NCBI GenBank assembly: GCA_903893445.1
Contig: CAITMG010000030.1
Span: 1-51,523, forward strand
Reading direction: 5' to 3'
DNA from: Candidatus Uhrbacteria bacterium
GTDB taxonomy: Bacteria; Patescibacteriota; Patescibacteriia; 2-12-FULL-60-25
DNA length: 51,523 nucleotides
Below, piece by piece: positions 26,043 to 34,117 of the stretch. The notes under the pieces were generated by a model. That model was not told the origin of the DNA and did not search any database. It worked only from the letters and a program-made list of their open reading frames with translations. Position 1 is the first letter of the stretch; each line of letters opens with the position of its first letter. The position numbers and the translations under genes are program-made.

Positions 26043-26204
26043 CTACAAGCACCGAGATTGGCGCCAGTAGACCATTTTGATGTCCTCGATGACCTCGTCG
26101 AGGAGACCGAGGAGCCAGATGAGACCGGAGAAGAACTCGATCATCATCTGTACCTGTCCAAGAAACACGCTATAAGCGTCGTTTGCCTTTGGCGGGGATG
26201 TCAT
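26043..26204 (-). CDS. Candidate 53-aa hydrophobic peptide (MTSPPKANDAYSVFLGQVQMMIEFFSGLIWLLGLLDEVIEDIKMVYWRQSRCL)
   Basis: Under 60 aa, so not in the track. AAGGA lies 8 nt upstream, the ATG is 3 nt after the upstream stop, there is a strong NNC codon bias, and a terminator follows. Confidence 0.5.
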   Translation of the reverse strand: MTSPPKANDAYSVFLGQVQMMIEFFSGLIWLLGLLDEVIEDIKMVYWRQSRCL

Positions 26205-26207
26205 CCG

Positions 26208-26684
26208 TCACTTCCTTTCCCACCTATTCCCATACGCTTCGGTGAGGAGACCGAATGCTTTGATCTGACTAATGTCCGGTGACGGCGCGCGAGATCGCCG
26301 ACCCAACCGATGTGTCAGCACGGCGGCAAGAGCATTGAGCCCTGCGGTCGTGTCGACATGCCAGTGACTGCATCCATCCTTGCGGACACTCGCGCCATTG
26401 GATTCACCATAGACGCGCGTCACGTCACCAAAGAGGATGTTCACGGCATTGGCAAGCTCGGGATCCAGCTTTGCGCTGGCGCGCACTTTCCAAAATACGT
26501 TTTCACGAACGAAAGTGACCAAGCGGCCGTTGTCGAACATCTGCAGTCCGATGATCGGAATCAAGACGTTCACGAGCCGAGGCTTGATGATTGCTACCGA
26601 CACGATACGGACGCCAGCGCGCTCGAGTTCACCTCGGGCGATCCGCGTCGCTTTGCGTATTTCCATCCCATTCAAGTTTCTCAT
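26208..26684 (-). CDS. Hypothetical protein, paralog 1 of a tandem pair
   Basis: GGAGG 5 nt before the ATG. It shares ELERAGV / GRLVTFVRENVFWKV / GCSHWHVDTTAGLNALAAVLTHRLG blocks with the next gene. Confidence 0.65.
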   Translation of the reverse strand: MRNLNGMEIRKATRIARGELERAGVRIVSVAIIKPRLVNVLIPIIGLQMFDNGRLVTFVRENVFWKVRASAKLDPELANAVNILFGDVTRVYGESNGASVRKDGCSHWHVDTTAGLNALAAVLTHRLGRRSRAPSPDISQIKAFGLLTEAYGNRWERK

Positions 26685-26716
26685 CCTGTCCTCCGCATGA
26701 ACTGTGATGCGCCTGT

Positions 26717-26745
26717 TTCCTATCCCCTTTTCCCCATGTTGTCAA
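26717..26745 (-). promoter_or_regulatory. Promoter TTGACA-N17-TAGGAA for paralog 1
   Basis: Minus strand. The -35 context ccgttgacaa is duplicated at 27229-27257. Confidence 0.45.
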
Positions 26746-26754
26746 CGGTGCGGA

Positions 26755-26784
26755 TAAAAAAATGCACCCGAGATGTGGGTGCAC
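26755..26784 (-). terminator. Strong rho-independent terminator after paralog 2
   Basis: tgcaccc-acatctc-gggtgca followed by T7/T8 on the minus strand. Confidence 0.8.
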
Positions 26785-26800
26785 GATGAACGGTTGCGGA

Positions 26801-27202
26801 CTAGCCGCAGATGGCGGAGCTCACCATCTCTTGCGTAGCCAGCCACTCGAGTGACGGCAGCGAGAGCGGGATGGCGATTTCGCCGAAATGTGCCTTGAGA
26901 TTTTGAACGAGAGCGTTGAGGTCTTCCTGCGTCTCGACTTCCCAGGTCGAAAATCCATCGATCGTCACGCTTAGCTTGACGACCCAGGACGTTCGCTCGC
27001 GGCAAAACGTTGCGATGGTCCCATCACGAAACTCGATGCACCCAAGGTACATACTTGGTACGTCGGTCCGGACGGCGACCTCTTTCGCAATTTTGAGTCT
27101 GGGGATGTTTGCACGTTCCAATTCGTCGAGCGTAAACATGCTCGCACAATCGACGTCCAATTCGCTCAGGTCTTTCACACAACCCTCCCAAAGAGCAACC
27201 AC
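26801..27202 (-). CDS. Hypothetical protein, paralog 2 of a tandem pair
   Basis: Shares ELERANI / GTIATFCRERTSWVV / GFSTWEVETQEDLNALVQNLKAHFG blocks with paralog 1. The start is uncertain (GTG at 27202 or ATG at 27139). Confidence 0.6.
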   Translation of the reverse strand: MVALWEGCVKDLSELDVDCASMFTLDELERANIPRLKIAKEVAVRTDVPSMYLGCIEFRDGTIATFCRERTSWVVKLSVTIDGFSTWEVETQEDLNALVQNLKAHFGEIAIPLSLPSLEWLATQEMVSSAICG

Positions 27203-27228
27203 ACGACGGTACGTCGCGTGGGGTATCT

Positions 27229-27257
27229 GTTTTACCGGCTTCTCCCCCTTTTGTCAA
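27229..27257 (-). promoter_or_regulatory. Promoter TTGACA-N17-TAAAAC for paralog 2
   Basis: Minus strand. The -35 contains the TGA stop of the upstream Cys-rich ORF. Confidence 0.45.
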
Positions 27258-27508
27258 CGGGGCGGTCGTTGCTTTGCCCGTCGGGCGATCCAGCGATAGA
27301 TTGGTCGCGATGATTGTTTGTCGTAGATTTTTGGACAGCCTTTACACGCCACTTTCCCTTTGAGATAGGACTCGCAACACACGGCCTTCACCGTGCGCAA
27401 ACGAAGCACTACAAGGATATTGACCCACCATCGCTCCAGACGCGGCCGATCGACGAATTGCGGTGGGAGTTGGTTCCAGGTGGGAGACATGAACGCATTC
27501 TGACGCAT
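27254..27508 (-). CDS. Small basic Cys-rich hypothetical protein
   Basis: 84-aa ORF with CC-x10-C-x2-C (..AVCCESYLKGKVACKGCPK..). There is no room for its own promoter after the GNAT terminator, so coding status is uncertain. Confidence 0.4.
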   Translation of the reverse strand: MRQNAFMSPTWNQLPPQFVDRPRLERWWVNILVVLRLRTVKAVCCESYLKGKVACKGCPKIYDKQSSRPIYRWIARRAKQRPPR

Positions 27509-27522
27509 GAACCGAATTCACG

Positions 27523-27553
27523 CAAAAAAGAAAAACTCCGGTTTGTGGCCGGA
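27523..27553 (-). terminator. Rho-independent terminator of the GNAT gene
   Basis: ctccgg-ccacaaa-ccggag followed by tttttctttttt on the minus strand. Confidence 0.8.
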
Positions 27554-27566
27554 GCAAAAGGGAGAA

Positions 27567-27998
27567 CTACAGCTCACGTCGGAACACGTTCGTCTCGCGC
27601 TGGATGTACCCGAGCGAACGATAGAGCTGATTCGCTCGGGCTCGCGTGGGGTGACTCGTCAACTCGATGCGCGAGCATCCCATTGCTTGGGCGCGCTCGT
27701 GCACTTCATCCATGAGCAAACGTCCCACATGTTGACCACGCGCGGAGTCGTGACGGATCACCTCTTCGACGCGCCCTTCGGTTGAGAGCATCTTGGTGAT
27801 CACCACCAAGATCGCCATGCCAATGACGCGATCCGCATCATCACGTGCAAGGAGCACCGTATTTGCACGAGCGACCGTCATAATGCGACGTAGACAGATC
27901 GTTGGTGCCTCGGAATTGAGCAGCTTGAGCATCTCATTGATGCGCGTGACATCATCTTCGGAAATCGGAAGATCTGGATTCAATCTCTCAATGTACAT
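27567..27998 (-). CDS. GNAT family N-acetyltransferase
   Basis: ..GRVEEVIRHDSARGQHVGRLLMDEVHERAQAMGCSRIELTSH..ANQLYRSLGY.. (acetyl-CoA motif A). Trimmed to MYIERL.., which has GGAGG 5 nt upstream. Confidence 0.85.
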   Translation of the reverse strand: MYIERLNPDLPISEDDVTRINEMLKLLNSEAPTICLRRIMTVARANTVLLARDDADRVIGMAILVVITKMLSTEGRVEEVIRHDSARGQHVGRLLMDEVHERAQAMGCSRIELTSHPTRARANQLYRSLGYIQRETNVFRREL

Positions 27999-28046
27999 GG
28001 CAACCTCCACCGTCCGCAGGTTGTACCAATCATCTTTTGAAACGTC

Positions 28047-28072
28047 AAAGGCCGCCCGTGGGCGGCCTTTTT
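28047..28072. terminator. Bidirectional hairpin terminator closing the efflux operon
   Basis: aaaggccgcc-cgtg-ggcggccttttt. Confidence 0.7.
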
Positions 28073-28089
28073 GTTTCACGCTGCTCTGA

Positions 28090-28569
28090 CTATTTCGTTG
28101 ATGTGGCTGTTGGTGCCGGTGACGTCGAAGTTACTGATCCCGGAGCCTGCCCAAACATTCCCGCTGGTCGGATCTGCACCGCAGTCGCTGTCACACTTCC
28201 ATCCGAGTTTGTCGCTCCCATCACCGTCACGTTAGATTGCGGCAAGATATCTCCGACTGCACCGTCCACCATTTTTTGAACCGTGGTGGATGGCGTCACA
28301 AATACGACCTTTGAGCTCCCATCGCGCAATTGAAGCGTTAATCCCTGGTTATCAACGGACAAGACGGTGCCCGCCGTTGCACCGCCGCCAGCCGCGCCGC
28401 GTGCGCCGCCCGCACCAGCAAAGGCACGACGCGCCGCACCACCCGCAGCACCCGCGGAGGCTGTCGCGCTCGTCGCATCCTTACTGCCCTGATATTGCAT
28501 CCCACCGTAGAACGAACCACCAGCAACGAGAACCAAGATCACCGCGAACAAGATGTAGGTATTTTTCAT
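28090..28569 (-). CDS. Secreted Gly/Ala-rich protein with beta-barrel-like C-domain (DUF5666-like)
   Basis: Signal/TM MKNTYILFAVILVLVAGG, a G/A-rich linker, then ..GTVLSVDNQGLTLQLRDGSSKVVFV...T.V.. It is the last gene of the efflux operon. Confidence 0.6.
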   Translation of the reverse strand: MKNTYILFAVILVLVAGGSFYGGMQYQGSKDATSATASAGAAGGAARRAFAGAGGARGAAGGGATAGTVLSVDNQGLTLQLRDGSSKVVFVTPSTTVQKMVDGAVGDILPQSNVTVMGATNSDGSVTATAVQIRPAGMFGQAPGSVTSTSPAPTATSTK

Positions 28570-28602
28570 AGAGTAAAAATAATGAATAGAGAAAACGTCG
28601 AG

Positions 28603-29826
28603 TTATTCGAACCGTAACGCCTCAATTGGATTTAATCGTGCCGCACGACGAGCTGGATAATATCCGAACACAATTCCGATGCCGGCCGAAACCCCAAATG
28701 CCAGACCAACCGACGATGCTGTCATTTGTGCCGGCAGACCCGCGAAGGTTTGCCCGATCCAGGAGATAAACCATCCGAGTACTACGCCGATGATTCCTCC
28801 GATGAACGTGAGCGAGATGGCTTCCATCAGGAACTGCGCACTGATATCGGCGCGTTGTGCGCCAATGGCTTTGCGAAGACCAATTTCACGCGTTCGCTCG
28901 GTGACCGTCGTGAGCATCATGTTCATAATCCCGATCCCACCGACCACGAGTGAGATGCTCGCGATCGCGGCAAGCAACGTCGTAAAGGTGTTTGTCACAC
29001 TAGAGGCGGTTGCTAAGATGTCCGCCTGATTCAACACCTGAAAATCCGCTTGTGCCACGTTGGCGATGTTGTGCCGTTGGAGCAAGAGGTCTGTCACCTG
29101 CTGCTGAACAGCGGCGATCGATCCGGCGTCTTTTGCTTCGATACCGATGTCGGAGACAAACGTTGTTCCAGCAAGCAATTTTTGTGCGGTTGAAATCGGA
29201 ACGTACACGGCGTCATCTGGATTGGAAAATCCCGAACCGCCTTTTGCTTTTGTAATTCCGATGACACGAAACTGAATGTTATTGATCCGGATCGTCTGAC
29301 CGATGGCAGAGGCATCCTGTCCAAACAAATCATCTCGCGTTGTTGGACCCAAAACGGCAACACGGCCCATCGAAGAAATATCTGAATCCGTTAAAAAGAC
29401 ACCTTGATCCATTTGAAAGTTGCGCACTTCGGTATAGGCCGATGTTGTCCCAATGACCTGAGTGTTTGTATTGGCACCGGTCGCACGGATTTGATAGCGC
29501 TTTGTTAATTCCGGTTCAACGGCTTTTGCTAACGTGACCTGCGCGGTCACCGCATCTGCATCACCCTGTGTGAGCGTTTGCGCATTCCCACGACCGCTGC
29601 TGACCTGCGTCCCGACGCCGCGCGGTGCACCAGGCATGACAATCACCAGATTTGATCCGACCGACGCAATACTTGCCTGGATATTTCCCTGCGCACCACT
29701 CCCAATCGCCACCATCGCGATCACCGAACCAATCCCAATCACAATCCCCAGCATGGTGAGCGATGAACGCACTTTGTTTGCGGAAAGTGCGAAATAGGTT
29801 TCTTCGAACAAATCTTGAATTTCCAT
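28603..29826 (-). CDS. ABC transporter permease, MacB/FtsX type
   Basis: 407 aa with an N-terminal TM, a large periplasmic domain and three C-terminal TMs ending in ..YPARRAARLNPIEALR.E. Confidence 0.9.
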   Translation of the reverse strand: MEIQDLFEETYFALSANKVRSSLTMLGIVIGIGSVIAMVAIGSGAQGNIQASIASVGSNLVIVMPGAPRGVGTQVSSGRGNAQTLTQGDADAVTAQVTLAKAVEPELTKRYQIRATGANTNTQVIGTTSAYTEVRNFQMDQGVFLTDSDISSMGRVAVLGPTTRDDLFGQDASAIGQTIRINNIQFRVIGITKAKGGSGFSNPDDAVYVPISTAQKLLAGTTFVSDIGIEAKDAGSIAAVQQQVTDLLLQRHNIANVAQADFQVLNQADILATASSVTNTFTTLLAAIASISLVVGGIGIMNMMLTTVTERTREIGLRKAIGAQRADISAQFLMEAISLTFIGGIIGVVLGWFISWIGQTFAGLPAQMTASSVGLAFGVSAGIGIVFGYYPARRAARLNPIEALRFE

Positions 29827-29829
29827 AGA

Positions 29830-30537
29830 CTAGGTTGCGGATTGGATTCGACGCTGATGGTTCACTTCTTCTTTTTGCATCTGACCATCGCGAATGACTA
29901 AAATGCGCTTTGCATGTTCCGCAACATCTCGCTCATGCGTGATCAAAATAATGGTATGCCCCTCGTCGTTTAATCGTTGAAATGTTCCGAGAACAAATTC
30001 TCCTGTTTTTGTATCTAAGTTTCCTGTTGGTTCATCCGCCAAGATGATTGCCGGGTCGTTGACGAGCGCACGCGCGATTGCGACACGCTGCATCTGCCCA
30101 CCGGACAACTGATTGGAAAGATGATTAAAGTACTGCTCATCCAGACCAGCGGATTTGAGCGCTTTGATTGCGCGATCTTTTCGCTGTTCCTTTGGAACAC
30201 CGGCGTACATTAACGGCAGCATGACATTACGTAGAACTGTCGCACGACGCAACAGATTAAACGACTGAAAGACGAATCCAATCTTTTTGCTCCGCATGTC
30301 AGCCAAATCATGCTCGTTCATGGTTGAGACGTCCTTCCCATCGAGACGATACGTGCCGCTCGTTGGCGTATCGAGCGCGCCCAAAATATGCATCAACGTC
30401 GATTTTCCAGAACCAGATGGACCCATGATTGCCACAAACTCCCCTTTTTCGACCTGAAACGTCACGCCTTTGAGGGCGAGAAATTCGACATTCTCATTTG
30501 AATATAACTTTGTGACGTCCTTCAGTTCAATCATCAT
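29830..30537 (-). CDS. ABC transporter ATP-binding protein (MacB/LolD-like)
   Basis: [24 protein letters not shown] and [11 protein letters not shown] motifs. Trimmed to MMIELKDV. Confidence 0.93.
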   Translation of the reverse strand: MMIELKDVTKLYSNENVEFLALKGVTFQVEKGEFVAIMGPSGSGKSTLMHILGALDTPTSGTYRLDGKDVSTMNEHDLADMRSKKIGFVFQSFNLLRRATVLRNVMLPLMYAGVPKEQRKDRAIKALKSAGLDEQYFNHLSNQLSGGQMQRVAIARALVNDPAIILADEPTGNLDTKTGEFVLGTFQRLNDEGHTIILITHERDVAEHAKRILVIRDGQMQKEEVNHQRRIQSAT

Positions 30538-30541
30538 ACAT

Positions 30542-32542
30542 TTAACGACCGGCTGCTGCGCCCCCCGCACGAACAGCACCGCCACCAGCGGCACCGCCCG
30601 CAAATCCACCGCCGCCGCCCGCACCACCCGTTGTCAGACCAGGAATGCGAATGGAAGAGCTACTTCCAGACGACGTTGGTGTTGATTTTGTTGTTGGCGC
30701 AATCGTTTGCGTGACCACAAATTCACCGCCGGTTAATCCACTCGTGATCACGGTCACCGTGTCATTTGCAGAACCAACCTGAACCGCCTGCTGTCGTGGC
30801 GTGCCCGTAACCGGTGTCGCTGATGTGGACGTCACACTGTCCAAAATCAACACATACTTTTGCGTTCCTTGTGTTTTTACTGCGGCGTTTGGTGCCAAGA
30901 TTGCGTCTGCGATCGTCTCGGTCACGATCGATGCGCTCACGCTCATCCCAGAGCGGATACGCGTATCTTGAGAATCAAATCCAATCTTCACGTCGTAATT
31001 CACCACACCTTGCGTCACCACGCCAAGCGGCGAAATCACATCGACTTCTCCGGCAATGGTTAATCCCGAAATCGCATCAAACGTGAGCGTCACCTTATCA
31101 CCTACTTTTACCTTTGCGGCATCAACTTCGTTGAGCGTCACGTCGGCAAATTGTTTTTGCGCGATGAGCGTCGCTACCGATGAACCCGTTTGATCCCCTT
31201 TTGTTGCCGCAAGTTTGGCAATCACTCCATCAAACGGAGCGGTCACGGTGTAATTCGCTAATACCTGTTGCGCATCGGCCAATTTATTTTGTGCGGCAAG
31301 TAACGAAGAGACGCGCTGGTCAACATTGTTTTGTGAAATCTGAATATCAATTGGCAATGCGCCGGCTTTCACATCTGCTAATTTTTGTTGCGCTTCTTTG
31401 AGCGATTCTTGCGCAGCCTGAATATCTCGCGCATCTGGGTGCAAGACCTTATTCAATGACGTCTGAGCCTGTTCAAGTTGGATCGCGGAATTAGCTGCGC
31501 TTGTTTTTGACGAATTAATTGCCTGCATCTGCGACACCATTGTTGTCTGTTTTGATGCGATGGAGGCGCGATCGTTTTGAATGGTCGATCGTAAACTATC
31601 CAGGCTAGACTGGCTAAAGTTGGATGAGGTGATGGTGTTTGAAAGCGCGTTGGAGGTGTAGGTTAACAGCGTCACTAATTTATCCAACGTCCCCTGCATT
31701 GATGTTACAGCGGCATCGATTGCCTGCGGATCTGCATTTTGCAGAGACAGCGCATCAACGAGCGTTTTTGTTGCGGCGATCGCCTGTTTTGCTGCGCCGT
31801 AGTTACTCGTTGCCATCGTTTTTTGACTCATGTCCAAAACGGACAACAAGTTGGAAAAACTTGCGTTTGCTCCGGAGTTATCAATCGCTAAAACATTATC
31901 CGAATCCGACAACGCATACGTCAGCGTTGGCATCGTTGTTTTTAAAATTGCCGCCGTGTTGTCATACGCACTCCGAACAACAACAGGCGTTTTTCCATCC
32001 GACGAAATGGCGGCGTTCTGCTGCGCCGAAGTTACCTGAGCCTGCGCCTGATCAATGTCCGACTGCGCAGGATTTTGTAATTTATCGACATTGCGCTGAG
32101 CGGTATTCACGACATCTTGTGCCTGCAAAATCGTGATCGTTGTCGCAGGCTGTTTGAGTTTTGATAATGATAATCGCGCGGCATCCAAGCTCGTCTGTGC
32201 ATCGCGTACAGATTGGGATGCATCACGAATCGTAATCATCGCATCCTTTGGATCAATCGCCGCAATCTTGTCTCCTTTTTTCACTGTCTGTCCTTCGGCG
32301 ACAAAAATATCCGTAATCTGACCGGAAGCGAGCGGCTTCACGTCTACCTGGCTATCTGATGATACCTGACCCGTCCCGCTCAATGAGCCCACGAAAAATC
32401 CCTTCTCCACTTGAGAGGTCATGTACGTTGTCGGTCCGACCGCGGTTGAAACCGTGTGATACCACCAATATCCACCCGCGACAGCAAGAATGATGCCGCC
32501 GACGATGATCCGTTTTTTCGTAAAGATGTTTTTGATATTCAT
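30542..32542 (-). CDS. Efflux periplasmic adaptor (HlyD/MacA family) with very long coiled coil and Gly-rich tail
   Basis: N-terminal TM, lipoyl-like ..VKKGDKIAAIDP.., a Q/A/S-rich coiled coil of about 350 aa, a beta-barrel and the C-terminal tail GGAGGGGGFAGGAAGGGAVRAGGAAAGR. Confidence 0.8.
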   Translation of the reverse strand: MNIKNIFTKKRIIVGGIILAVAGGYWWYHTVSTAVGPTTYMTSQVEKGFFVGSLSGTGQVSSDSQVDVKPLASGQITDIFVAEGQTVKKGDKIAAIDPKDAMITIRDASQSVRDAQTSLDAARLSLSKLKQPATTITILQAQDVVNTAQRNVDKLQNPAQSDIDQAQAQVTSAQQNAAISSDGKTPVVVRSAYDNTAAILKTTMPTLTYALSDSDNVLAIDNSGANASFSNLLSVLDMSQKTMATSNYGAAKQAIAATKTLVDALSLQNADPQAIDAAVTSMQGTLDKLVTLLTYTSNALSNTITSSNFSQSSLDSLRSTIQNDRASIASKQTTMVSQMQAINSSKTSAANSAIQLEQAQTSLNKVLHPDARDIQAAQESLKEAQQKLADVKAGALPIDIQISQNNVDQRVSSLLAAQNKLADAQQVLANYTVTAPFDGVIAKLAATKGDQTGSSVATLIAQKQFADVTLNEVDAAKVKVGDKVTLTFDAISGLTIAGEVDVISPLGVVTQGVVNYDVKIGFDSQDTRIRSGMSVSASIVTETIADAILAPNAAVKTQGTQKYVLILDSVTSTSATPVTGTPRQQAVQVGSANDTVTVITSGLTGGEFVVTQTIAPTTKSTPTSSGSSSSIRIPGLTTGGAGGGGGFAGGAAGGGAVRAGGAAAGR

Positions 32543-32555
32543 ATCGGTTGGATTG

Positions 32556-33053
32556 TTAGTGCATCATGCTCGGTGACGGTAAGAGTGGAACGTGAGACGG
32601 AACTTGGTCAAAGACCCGGATCATTTTTGCTTCAACACGACCATCATCATCAGGCTCACCAATGATCACGATGCGCATCTGAGGGACAACTTGATGAAGG
32701 GTCAATGTTTGCATCTGACGACGAATGACGGTTTCGGGAGTCGTGATCACAATCTTCTCCGTTCCGTCTTTGTCTCGCATGGCGATTTCATTTCCACGCA
32801 CTTCGAGCACCTCACCAAATAATCCATGCGCATCTACAAAACCGTGCCCGTCGAAATCATCCAAAAATCCCTTTGCCGGACCACCAAACATTTGATGATA
32901 TTGATCACCCCAGTGAAACGAATATTCGGCTCGCTGATACCCGACAAACATCCCGATGCGTAACACAATCAACACCGCGACAAACGCGAGCAAGACGAGC
33001 ACGACCAGCTTTAACGACTGGCGCGGACGCGGAGAAGTGGGAGATGTTTCCAT
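32556..33053 (-). CDS. Single-pass membrane protein, hypothetical
   Basis: Trimmed to METSPTSPRPRQSLKLVVLVLLAFVAVLIVL.. It overlaps the upstream gene by about 43 nt, so the start is uncertain. Confidence 0.5.
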   Translation of the reverse strand: METSPTSPRPRQSLKLVVLVLLAFVAVLIVLRIGMFVGYQRAEYSFHWGDQYHQMFGGPAKGFLDDFDGHGFVDAHGLFGEVLEVRGNEIAMRDKDGTEKIVITTPETVIRRQMQTLTLHQVVPQMRIVIIGEPDDDGRVEAKMIRVFDQVPSHVPLLPSPSMMH

Positions 33054-33412
33054 ACACGACGATATTCGCGAAGCACGAACGACAATGACCCAACCGCAAT
33101 CGCTGCGATCATGGCACACGCGATTGTTTCGGTGACAGGAAAGGATTCGAGCAACGAATATCCGACATCCTGCCAATGCAACACCGCATTTGTCGTATCT
33201 GACAATGCCAGAGACGTGAAGTCGAAAAAGCCTGTCAACTGAGCCGTCTCGACCCAGGCGATCACGGCAAATGGGAGTGCGACGACCGAAGAAACCAATG
33301 CTAAGAATAGCACCGTAAACCGACGACGGATACGTAAATACTGAGCCTCTTCGCGAAGGCTCAGGATGATGCGCTGCTGCAGGTCAGCAGACGGTTCCGT
33401 CATCTCAATCAT
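33011..33412 (-). CDS. Putative anti-sigma factor (membrane protein downstream of the ECF sigma)
   Basis: 133 aa with a short cytoplasmic N-terminus and 2-3 TMs, directly after the sigma gene. Assigned by position only. Confidence 0.5.
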   Translation of the reverse strand: MIEMTEPSADLQQRIILSLREEAQYLRIRRRFTVLFLALVSSVVALPFAVIAWVETAQLTGFFDFTSLALSDTTNAVLHWQDVGYSLLESFPVTETIACAMIAAIAVGSLSFVLREYRRVWKHLPLLRVRASR

Positions 33413-33444
33413 GCCGATACTACGATGGGCAATGGGAGATTGGT

Positions 33445-33999
33445 TCAGGTTCGAACAAGCTTCTTTTTGAGCAATGCGACGGCGCGACGATGGCGCGTTT
33501 TGACGGTATCTAAAATTTCGCCTAATTCTAGCCCAATTTCACGAAATGTGAGGCGCTGGATGTAGCGTAACGAGAGAACATTCCGATACTGTTCTGGAAG
33601 TCCGGCAATCGCCTTTTCGACACGTGCGGCCTCGATGCGGATTTCCGCGGTTTCGCTTGGCGACAATGCCGGATCTGGGATCTGGTCTAACCAAGATTCA
33701 TCCTCATCTTGCATGGCGGAAAATGCGAGTGGACGTTTTTGCTTTAACACATCCAAGGCACGATTACGCACGATCTGGAGCAACCACGGTTTAAATGCGC
33801 GTGTCGCATCAAACTGTTTGATATTTTTAAACGCATTCAAAAATGCGTCTTGCGTGACGTCTTCGGCATCCTCGGCCGAGTGCACATACCGCAAGGCAAC
33901 CGTATATGCCAGCTTGGTATACCGGCGCACAAGCAAATCAAAGGCGTTGGAAGCGCCCTGAGACATTGCCTCGATCACTTGCTGGTCTGTGAGTTCCAT
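33445..33999 (-). CDS. ECF-type RNA polymerase sigma factor (sigma-70 family)
   Basis: Region 2 ..DAEDVTQDAFLNAFKNI..F......KPWLLQIVRNRALD.. and region 4 ..LSLRYIQRLTFREIGLELG...DTVKTR..RA. Trimmed to MELTDQQ. Confidence 0.88.
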   Translation of the reverse strand: MELTDQQVIEAMSQGASNAFDLLVRRYTKLAYTVALRYVHSAEDAEDVTQDAFLNAFKNIKQFDATRAFKPWLLQIVRNRALDVLKQKRPLAFSAMQDEDESWLDQIPDPALSPSETAEIRIEAARVEKAIAGLPEQYRNVLSLRYIQRLTFREIGLELGEILDTVKTRHRRAVALLKKKLVRT

Positions 34000-34117
34000 G
34001 AAATTTACGATAGCATGCTTTATCCCTTTCTTCAACGCTCTGACCTGCGTGTAACGTTTGGATATTTTTTCCCGTACTATTACACTACCAACACTTTCAT
34101 TCATTTGTTACACGCCT

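Noticed and set aside
26058-26282. 74-aa acidic + strand ORF (TTG start) opposite the 53-aa peptide frame.
   Set aside because: It has a non-ATG start without an SD and crosses the 3' end of the paralog gene. The opposite frame has an SD, stop-start coupling, a stronger NNC codon bias and a downstream terminator.
27314-27715. 133-aa + strand ORF spanning the Cys-rich ORF, a terminator and the GNAT 3' end.
   Set aside because: It reads straight through a strong terminator hairpin and antisense to the GNAT acetyl-CoA motif. No signals support it.
23660-28100. A direct repeat of the tRNA-Glu 3' end that would define att sites for the 23.7-28 kb island.
   Set aside because: I could not find a second copy of ttcccctagaggct or similar by eye. 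This remains untested rather than disproven, so island borders are given only by terminators and composition.
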